From: Dehalococcoidia bacterium
GTDB lineage: Bacteria; Chloroflexota; Dehalococcoidia; Lucifugimonadales; UBA3495
DNA: 64,000 bases
Assembly (NCBI GenBank): GCA_022451945.1
Contig: JAKUNK010000008.1
Coordinates: 44,195-108,194, forward strand
Direction of reading: 5' to 3'
The notes under the pieces were generated by a model. The model had not been told where the DNA came from, did no database searches, and saw only the letters and a list, made by a program, of their open reading frames with translations. This document shows, in pieces, positions 57,708 to 64,000 of this stretch; position 1 is the stretch's first letter, and the number at the start of each line of letters is the position of its first letter. A program made the translations under genes and the position numbers.

Positions 57708-57970
57708 GACCACTCCAGGCTGAGCTGTCGAGAACTGCAGACTTCGGATGCCAACTGTCGCCGTTCATGTCCACAGCACAGACGTTCATTCCCTCAACCA
57801 GAGAGCATTCGGCTTTAAGGCCGGCGAGACTACTACTTTCAGAACCACCAAATGGCACAAACTTTATAGCTCAAAAGTTGAACGTGGGTTGAACACGGGA
57901 GCCGGCATATAGGATGGCGTCTCGGTCAGCACCGCGAAACATATATACAGGTATACAGGAGACGACACAG

Positions 57971-59548
57971 ATGGCCCAGAAGATCTCCTCCCAAGGCCTA
58001 AACGACCTACTACAAGGGAAGTCTCCCTTCGCGTTGATTGACGTCCGGGAGTCCGGCGAATACAACGCCACCCACATACCCGGTGCAGCCCTCATACCTC
58101 GCCGTCGGATCGAGTACATAATCGAAAGCTCAGTGCCGTTCAAAGGAACTCGAATAGTCGTCTGCTGTGACGACGGGCGCCGCTCTCAGTTAGCCTCGGC
58201 AACCCTGGACAAATTAGGGTACACCGATGTCCATTATCTTGAAGGTGGTACCAATCGCTGGTCCAGTAACGACCTACCAACAGAGTGGGGTGTGAATGTC
58301 CCCAGCAAGGACTTCGGCGAGATGCAAGAAGTTGTCCACCACGTCCCCGAGATTACCGCCGACGACCTCCATCAGAAGATTGAGAATGGAGAGAAACTGA
58401 TCATCTTAGACACCCGCACACCGGAGGAATACCACAACTTCTGCATCCCCGGCGGACGCAGCATGCCAGGCGGTGAGTTGGCCTTACGCATTACCGACAT
58501 TAAAAAAGAACTAGACCCTGACACCACCTTAGTGATTAACTGCGCAGGCCGGACCCGCAGCATCATGGGTACACGCGTATTGCAGCGAATGGGAGTGGAG
58601 GCAGTGGGTCTCAAGAACGGTACTTCAGGCTGGCTGTTGGCCGGTTACAACCTGGAATACGGCGGAGACCGATTGACTCTTCCCGACGTTTCCAAAGAGA
58701 GCCGCGCCGCTGCTGAAGAATACGCCGCCAAACTGGCAAGTGAGGACGGCGTCGGCTACCTGGACATCCCTGCCCTTCGGCAAGCCGTAGCCAAACAAAC
58801 CCAAGAATCAGTGTACCTAATAGACGTCCGAACCGAGGGCGAATTCAAAGCGGGACACATCCCCGGCTTCCGCTGGTTTCCTGGCGGACAGGCCGTCCAA
58901 CGCTCAGATGACGTGGCCGTGGTCAAAAACGCCACCTACATTTTCTGCTGCGACGGCAAAGCTAGGGCCACTATCACGGGATCCATATACCGCCAACTCG
59001 GCCACGAGAACGTCTTCGCTGTCGATGGCGGAACTCTAGCCTGGCAAGCTGCCGGGCAGCGTCTGGAAACCGGGTTCACGACCAGCAGTCCCGCTGGTAT
59101 GAAAGAGGCCGAAGCATTAGTGAAAAAGGTTTCCGCTGAAGACCTAAGTCATAACCAAGCTGACCTGGTACTCTACGTAGACACCAGCGAAGACTTTTCT
59201 CAGGGCCACACTCCAGGCGCCAAGTGGATTACTCGCAGTTGGCTGGAGATCGAGATCGCGGACATAGCTCCATCCAAGAGCGCATCAATCGCGGTAACCT
59301 GCCGTGACGGACGTAGTTCAACCCTGGCTGCTGCCACACTTCAAGGCCTGGGTTACACGAATATCACCACCCTGGACGGCGGTATGACTGCTTGGAAGCA
59401 AGCTGGGTTGCCCGTTGAAGAGGGCCTTACCGGCATCGTGCGCCCGCCCTCTGATATCAATTATTTGGGCGTGTCCCGCAGCTACGGCGAAATGATGAAT
59501 TACCTGAGGTGGGAGACCGCCCTGGGAGAGAAATACGCCGCCGACTAG
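57971..59548 (+). CDS. four-domain rhodanese (sulfurtransferase) protein
   Basis: ORF from 57914. ATG 57971 follows AGGAG (525 aa). Four ~120-aa rhodanese units, each with an active-site-loop Cys: CCDDGRRS, CAGRTRS, CCDGKARA, CRDGRSS. Confidence 0.85.
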   Translation: MAQKISSQGLNDLLQGKSPFALIDVRESGEYNATHIPGAALIPRRRIEYIIESSVPFKGTRIVVCCDDGRRSQLASATLDKLGYTDVHYLEGGTNRWSSNDLPTEWGVNVPSKDFGEMQEVVHHVPEITADDLHQKIENGEKLIILDTRTPEEYHNFCIPGGRSMPGGELALRITDIKKELDPDTTLVINCAGRTRSIMGTRVLQRMGVEAVGLKNGTSGWLLAGYNLEYGGDRLTLPDVSKESRAAAEEYAAKLASEDGVGYLDIPALRQAVAKQTQESVYLIDVRTEGEFKAGHIPGFRWFPGGQAVQRSDDVAVVKNATYIFCCDGKARATITGSIYRQLGHENVFAVDGGTLAWQAAGQRLETGFTTSSPAGMKEAEALVKKVSAEDLSHNQADLVLYVDTSEDFSQGHTPGAKWITRSWLEIEIADIAPSKSASIAVTCRDGRSSTLAAATLQGLGYTNITTLDGGMTAWKQAGLPVEEGLTGIVRPPSDINYLGVSRSYGEMMNYLRWETALGEKYAAD

Positions 59549-59609
59549 ACCAGCACAGACCACATGAGACTGAAATCAATCTCTATGATAAATACTGAGG
59601 AGGGACTTG

Positions 59610-60800
59610 ATGGCCACGCGACAAGATAATGTGATTCCTGATTTTCTGAGGATGGACGAGGCGATCGGTTCAGACCCCGCCAACGCCCACAAGAGCGGTA
59701 ACTGGCACGGCTGGCCCACGAAAGACCTGAACCCCGTCACTCTCATGGACGACGAGGGCCGGACAGTCCGTATTCGCACTCCTGTGATGGAGCTTGAAGG
59801 CCTGATCACTCCCACCGATCTGCACTACACCGTGCAACACTTCGCCGTTCCCCCGGTTGTGCCGACAGACCAGTGGGAGCTGAAAATCCACGGTCAGGTA
59901 AAGAATGAACTGACTCTGAATTTCGATCAACTCCGGCGTTTCCCTGGACGCAGCGTACGCACCGTCATGGAATGCTCGGGGAGCGACGCCACTTTCTTCG
60001 AATACTTCAAAGACGAAGGCCCTAAGCCTTCCCGAACCCAAGAGTGCATGATTCTTAGCACCGGCGAATGGACCGGCGTCCCTCTAGCCGCTGTGCTGAA
60101 CGCCGCCGGTCTTAGTGACAAGTCCCTTTACGTCAGGGCCGTTGGAAACGACGAAGGAGTGCCCGCAACAGCCGCTGAAGGCACCAAGCCTTTCTACTAT
60201 GACAAAGGTTTGCCCATACAGAAAGCGCTCCATCCCGACACTATCCTGGCCTACGCGCAGAACGGAGCGTTGCTGGAACACCTCCACGGCGCACCTGTCC
60301 GGCTCCTAGTGCCCGGTTGGTCAGGAAACTGGTCGGTGAAGTGGCTGACAGATCTTGAGATCCTTGACCACATGCCCGACTGCTGGTACCACTACGAGTT
60401 CTACTATTATGGCGACTCAGCTGACGACCCCAATAAGGAACTCATCACAACCCTCGGCGTGAAGTCCATCGTGACCCAGCCCAATGATGACACTGAAGAA
60501 ATGAGCAAGGGCGTCCACATGGTCCGTGGTTACGCCTGGAGCGGGGCTGGGGCGATATCTGAAGTTGATGTCAGCGTCGACGGCGGAGAGACCTGGCATG
60601 CCGCCCACATCGAAGAACCGCGCGACCGATTCATGTGGGTTCGCTGGTCCTACCGCTGGGAAGCTGGCAAAGCGGGCGACTACACTATAATGTCTCGCGC
60701 CACTGACGAGATAGGCAGAGTCCAGTCTCGCGAACCCCGCTACAACAACATGCGCAAGAACTTCAGCGCCATAGTTGGATATCCGGTCAAAGTTAAATAG
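59610..60800 (+). CDS. sulfite-oxidase-family molybdopterin oxidoreductase with dimerisation domain, no signal peptide (paralogue A)
   Basis: ATG 59610 follows GAGGAGGG (396 aa). FRRFPGRSVRTVMECSGSD (Mo-Cys context), HGAPVRLLVPGW and a C-terminal GYAWSGAG..VSVDGGETWHAA Ig-like domain. Confidence 0.8.
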   Translation: MATRQDNVIPDFLRMDEAIGSDPANAHKSGNWHGWPTKDLNPVTLMDDEGRTVRIRTPVMELEGLITPTDLHYTVQHFAVPPVVPTDQWELKIHGQVKNELTLNFDQLRRFPGRSVRTVMECSGSDATFFEYFKDEGPKPSRTQECMILSTGEWTGVPLAAVLNAAGLSDKSLYVRAVGNDEGVPATAAEGTKPFYYDKGLPIQKALHPDTILAYAQNGALLEHLHGAPVRLLVPGWSGNWSVKWLTDLEILDHMPDCWYHYEFYYYGDSADDPNKELITTLGVKSIVTQPNDDTEEMSKGVHMVRGYAWSGAGAISEVDVSVDGGETWHAAHIEEPRDRFMWVRWSYRWEAGKAGDYTIMSRATDEIGRVQSREPRYNNMRKNFSAIVGYPVKVK

Positions 60801-60829
60801 CAGGTTCTGATGCTCAGGAGTTAGACCAA

Positions 60830-61180
60830 ATGCCCATAATCGACCACACAGACGTCCGTCTCTCACCAACAACTGAGAGGGTTCGGGAGCGGTACCTAGT
60901 ATCTAAAGAGCTAGGTGCGTTATCATTAACCGTGAAAGAGGTTGAGATTTCCCCAGGGTGGGAAGGACGCATGCACACCCACCCGATAGATGTCTCAATC
61001 CAGGTGTTGTCCGGCGCCATCCAAATCATTCTTGGTGACGAAGTCCGGACGGTACGGGCGGGAACAACTCTGCTGGCCCCGCCTGGAGTACCCCACAAGA
61101 TGATTCACCATCTTTGGACACCGGCATTATTGCTGATTACATATCCGTCGTCGGAACTAGAGACCGACCACCTGGAATAA
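60830..61180 (+). CDS. cupin-2 domain protein
   Basis: 116 aa. GRMHTHPIDVSIQVLSG and LLAPPGVPHKM cupin motifs. Confidence 0.7.
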   Translation: MPIIDHTDVRLSPTTERVRERYLVSKELGALSLTVKEVEISPGWEGRMHTHPIDVSIQVLSGAIQIILGDEVRTVRAGTTLLAPPGVPHKMIHHLWTPALLLITYPSSELETDHLE

Positions 61181-61209
61181 GCAACACAGCTTCTTGAGGA
61201 GGAGCCCTT

Positions 61210-62316
61210 ATGGCCTTGCCACAGATTGGTACGAAAGCGGAACCGCAGATCATCCCCACCAATGCGGGCCTACGGACCTGGGCCGTACCGCCAGAGGGAT
61301 TACAGAACAACATCGTTCCCAACGACCTGTTTTACATCCGCAATCACTGGAAAGATAGCCCTGAGATCGACATCAACACGTTCACATTGAAGATTGACGG
61401 TGAAGTTGAACGGGAGATTACACTGTCTTTCGAAGACCTCAAGAAACTACCTCAAAAGCGCTTCCAGGTTGCCTTCGAGTGTTGCGGCAATAGCCCGGTG
61501 CCTGAGTACTACACCAAGGCCTTGCGCATTAGCTCGGTCATGGAACAGATCAAGGGCCACGGCATCATGGGCAATGCCGAATGGGCGGGAGTCTCCCTCA
61601 AAGATGTGCTGGAACTGGCTGGAGTCAAAGACTCAGCCGTCGAAGTCATGTTTGAAGGCGCTGACCACGGTGCTGACGAAGTGGTAGGCGACCCTTCCGA
61701 AGTTACTTACGAGCGTAGTCTGCCCGTGAAGAAAGCCCTTCACGAAGACACCATCTTGGCCTACGAGATGAACGGAGAGCCTCTGCCCAAGGACCACGGT
61801 TACCCGCTGCGTCTCTTAGTATCTGGCTGGTACGGGATGAACTCAGTCAAGTGGCTTGTGGGCATCCACGTGCTGGATCACAAGTTCGAAGGGTTCTACA
61901 TGACCCAACGTTACATGACCATGAACGAACCAGGCAGCCCGGAGCCATATCGGTACTATAGCAAGCTTCAGGTCAAGTCCATCATAACCAACCCTGTCCC
62001 TGGTGAGATTGTGCCTCTAAGCGGGTACAATCTAGCGGGCGCCGCCTGGTCCGGCGAGGAAGACATCGAAGAAGTAGAGATTAGCACTGACGGCGGCGAG
62101 ACCTGGGACCCGGTGGAGAAACTCCACGACCGTGAGGCTTACTCTTGGTACCGTTGGGAGCACACCTGGAAACCCAAGGCGGCAGGCAAATACACTATCA
62201 TGTGCCGCGCCACCAACGTGGAAGGCGTCACCCAGCCCTTAGAATTCCCGAATCCTTGGGACGGTCGGGGCTACGGGAACAACATGGTTTTCCCATACGA
62301 GGTAGAAGTCCGATAG
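61210..62316 (+). CDS. sulfite-oxidase-family molybdopterin oxidoreductase, no signal peptide (paralogue B)
   Basis: 368 aa. GAGGAGGAG SD. LFYIRNHW, FQVAFECCGNS, HGYPLRLLVSGWYG and GAAWSGEE..ISTDGGETWDPV. Confidence 0.8.
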   Translation: MALPQIGTKAEPQIIPTNAGLRTWAVPPEGLQNNIVPNDLFYIRNHWKDSPEIDINTFTLKIDGEVEREITLSFEDLKKLPQKRFQVAFECCGNSPVPEYYTKALRISSVMEQIKGHGIMGNAEWAGVSLKDVLELAGVKDSAVEVMFEGADHGADEVVGDPSEVTYERSLPVKKALHEDTILAYEMNGEPLPKDHGYPLRLLVSGWYGMNSVKWLVGIHVLDHKFEGFYMTQRYMTMNEPGSPEPYRYYSKLQVKSIITNPVPGEIVPLSGYNLAGAAWSGEEDIEEVEISTDGGETWDPVEKLHDREAYSWYRWEHTWKPKAAGKYTIMCRATNVEGVTQPLEFPNPWDGRGYGNNMVFPYEVEVR

Positions 62317-62369
62317 CAAACCTAACGGTGTTTCCTTGGAAGAATCGTTAAACGAACAAAGATACAAGT

Positions 62370-62651
62370 TTGAGCACATCTAACCGCGTCCCGGTACCAC
62401 TCGCATTCTCATTGGTGCTGGCGATTGTCCTGGCCCTGATCATATTCTTCGGGGCTTGGGCTGCGTCGGCCGATGTGGGCAACCAACGCACCTTGGCCTT
62501 CGGTCTACCCGGCACCACTACCACATCAAGTGGCTCCACTGTTAACGATCAGAGCTCAAGGCCGTTCCAAGTAGCCCGACTGAACGATCAAGGCACAGCA
62601 GGGGACACTTGGTGGGGTGGTGCGTTCTTGAGGGCTTGCCCCCTCCACTGA
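62370..62651 (+). CDS. hypothetical small secreted/membrane-anchored protein
   Basis: 93 aa from TTG. Hydrophobic segment LAFSLVLAIVLALIIFFGAWAASA followed by a Thr/Ser/Gly-rich region. Weak support. Confidence 0.35.
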   Translation: MSTSNRVPVPLAFSLVLAIVLALIIFFGAWAASADVGNQRTLAFGLPGTTTTSSGSTVNDQSSRPFQVARLNDQGTAGDTWWGGAFLRACPLH

Positions 62652-62732
62652 AAAAAGGCCAGCTAGATCCAAAGCGATTAATCGAAAGGACATAGGGAGG
62701 CTGTTCGGGCCTCCCTTAAGATAACCAATACC

Positions 62733-64000
62733 ATGGCAGTCCCCACTACCCCGACTCACGCAACCACTCGCCCTCCCAAAGGGATCCACCAGGCCTGGAT
62801 CATACTCGCGATTATAGCCATGGCCCAAATAGTGGGCCAATCCATCAGCATGGCGGCCGGAATCATGGTCGCGCCGTTGAACGACCCCGAAGGTGGCTTT
62901 GGCTGGAACATGGGGCTGATCGGCGCTGCCTTGGCCACCTACTACCTTTTCGGCGCCTTGGTAGCCCCGATTACCGGCATGCTTGGCGACCGCTACGGTG
63001 CTCGCCCTGCCATGTTCGCCTGCGGAGTGCTATACGCCGTCAGCATGGCCCTTATCGGCTCCGTCAGCCACCTTTGGCAGTTCTTCATCTATTTTGGGGT
63101 ACTGTTGTCTGTCACCCAATCACTGGCTATGGTACCCATACTAGCTTCGGTCAACGGCTGGTTCAAACAGCGCCTTGGTCTGGCCACCGGGCTTCTCTGG
63201 GCCTCAGGTGGTGTTGGTGCGGCGATGGTTGCGCCGGGCATAGCGAGCCTACTGGACGCCTTCGGCTGGCAGACCACCTTCACAGCCATCGGAATCGCGG
63301 GCGGCGGAATTCTTATGTTATTAACGGTGTTCTTCCGTTCCAAACCATCGGATATGAACGCCACTGCCTTTGGCTCCCGAGCAGATGACCCACCAGAGGT
63401 ATTCCAGAGCAAAGAGATCGAGCAGCTAAGATTGAAGGTCTTCAACAAGGCCATGCGCCGGACCCGGGCATTCTGGAACCTGCCCACCATCCACGGCCTC
63501 GGCTGTGCCGGACACGGCATAGTCTTGATTTACTCTATCCCCTTGGCGATCGAGCAAGGGGTCAGCTTATCGGCGGCGTCATTCATCCTGGCGCTGATAT
63601 CCATCTTCAGCATACTCGGCCGTTTCGTGGCTCCTATCCTGGCTGAACGTATGGGCGCCAAACCCGTAATGATGTCGGCATTGTTCGTCCAGGGCATCAC
63701 AGTGTTGGTGCTATTCTGGGCCCAGGATGCCTACGCGTTCTACCTGTTCGCAATCTTGTTCGGTCTGGGATTCGGCGGCGAGATGTCGGCTTACCTGGTG
63801 GTCAACCGTCAATACTTCGGTACAGGACCACTGGCGACCCTCTACGGGTTCGAGATGATGGGCGCGCTCGCCGGCCACGCCATTGCCACTATATTAGGAG
63901 GACTAGCCATCTACGCCACCGGCTCGTTCAGCCCTGCATTGGTAATGTCCATGCTTTTCAGCTTCGCTGGAGTGCTGGTGATCTACAGTATGGAGTCCGG
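62733..64000 (+). CDS. MFS transporter (oxalate/formate-antiporter-like), 3' end outside window
   Basis: Open frame from ATG 62733 to the window edge, so absent from the ORF track. Translation is multi-TM (..GMLGDRYGARP.., ..LFGLGFGGEMSAYLVV..). Confidence 0.8.
   Translation, partial: MAVPTTPTHATTRPPKGIHQAWIILAIIAMAQIVGQSISMAAGIMVAPLNDPEGGFGWNMGLIGAALATYYLFGALVAPITGMLGDRYGARPAMFACGVLYAVSMALIGSVSHLWQFFIYFGVLLSVTQSLAMVPILASVNGWFKQRLGLATGLLWASGGVGAAMVAPGIASLLDAFGWQTTFTAIGIAGGGILMLLTVFFRSKPSDMNATAFGSRADDPPEVFQSKEIEQLRLKVFNKAMRRTRAFWNLPTIHGLGCAGHGIVLIYSIPLAIEQGVSLSAASFILALISIFSILGRFVAPILAERMGAKPVMMSALFVQGITVLVLFWAQDAYAFYLFAILFGLGFGGEMSAYLVVNRQYFGTGPLATLYGFEMMGALAGHAIATILGGLAIYATGSFSPALVMSMLFSFAGVLVIYSMES

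Noticed and set aside
57676-58143. Two same-frame minus-strand ORFs separated by a single TGA (57871-57873), tested as a possible read-through or Sec gene.
   Set aside because: The upstream part is antisense to the well-supported rhodanese CDS. No start codon, SD, SECIS-like hairpin or recognisable family was found. It is treated as a spurious antisense frame.
1-64000. Numerous 60-200-aa ORFs antisense to or overlapping large CDSs (for example 37262..37882, 10386..10994, 12294..12884, 53945..54538).
   Set aside because: They lie within well-supported genes on the opposite strand or in another frame. They have Arg/Pro/Ser-rich compositions typical of GC-rich antisense frames, and no SDs or family motifs.
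1-64000. Looked for CRISPR arrays, transposases, integrases, toxin-antitoxin pairs, restriction-modification or other defence genes.
   Set aside because: No regularly spaced direct repeats and no such protein families were recognised. The only notable repeats are intragenic (NHL, rhodanese and RidA domain repeats) and short regulatory palindromes.

Overview
Densely coding chromosomal window with about 60 CDS, one tRNA, and no rRNA, CRISPR array, transposase, integrase or recognisable defence genes. Housekeeping genes are folD, queA, a Fur-family regulator, tRNA-Ser(CGA), pcrA and an arginine cluster ordered argJ, argB, UPF0182 membrane protein, argD, argG. They are interleaved with paralogue-rich catabolic genes. 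These include three luciferase-like (LLM) flavin monooxygenases plus one decayed remnant, two family-III CoA-transferases, a split MaoC hydratase, two crotonases and an acyl-CoA dehydrogenase. Also present are amidohydrolase, enolase-superfamily, Ldh2, amidase, M20/M42 and GGT-like hydrolases. This gene mix, the lack of signal peptides and the tight operons with ATGA overlaps resemble marine Chloroflexota (SAR202-like), but that is inference only. Main hunt results: (1) A small gene missing from the ORF track (31599..31919, minus) has an in-frame TGA followed by a GGUC-loop hairpin, making it a candidate selenoprotein of HesB/IscA-like layout. It lies downstream of HIT and HD-hydrolase genes and next to an LLM gene remnant. 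(2) A plus-strand cluster encodes a four-domain rhodanese, two divergent cytoplasmic sulfite-oxidase-family molybdoenzymes flanking a cupin, a small secreted peptide and an MFS transporter. (3) A single polypeptide carries three tandem RidA/YjgF domains that all lack the catalytic Arg, heading a CoA-transferase/hydratase module. (4) A 911-aa UPF0182 membrane protein is translationally coupled inside the arg cluster. (5) A Cys-rich HTH regulator faces an intergenic region with repeated TGTTC/GAACA half-sites. All coordinates were hand-derived from the sequence. Family calls rest on motifs recognised by eye, not on database searches.
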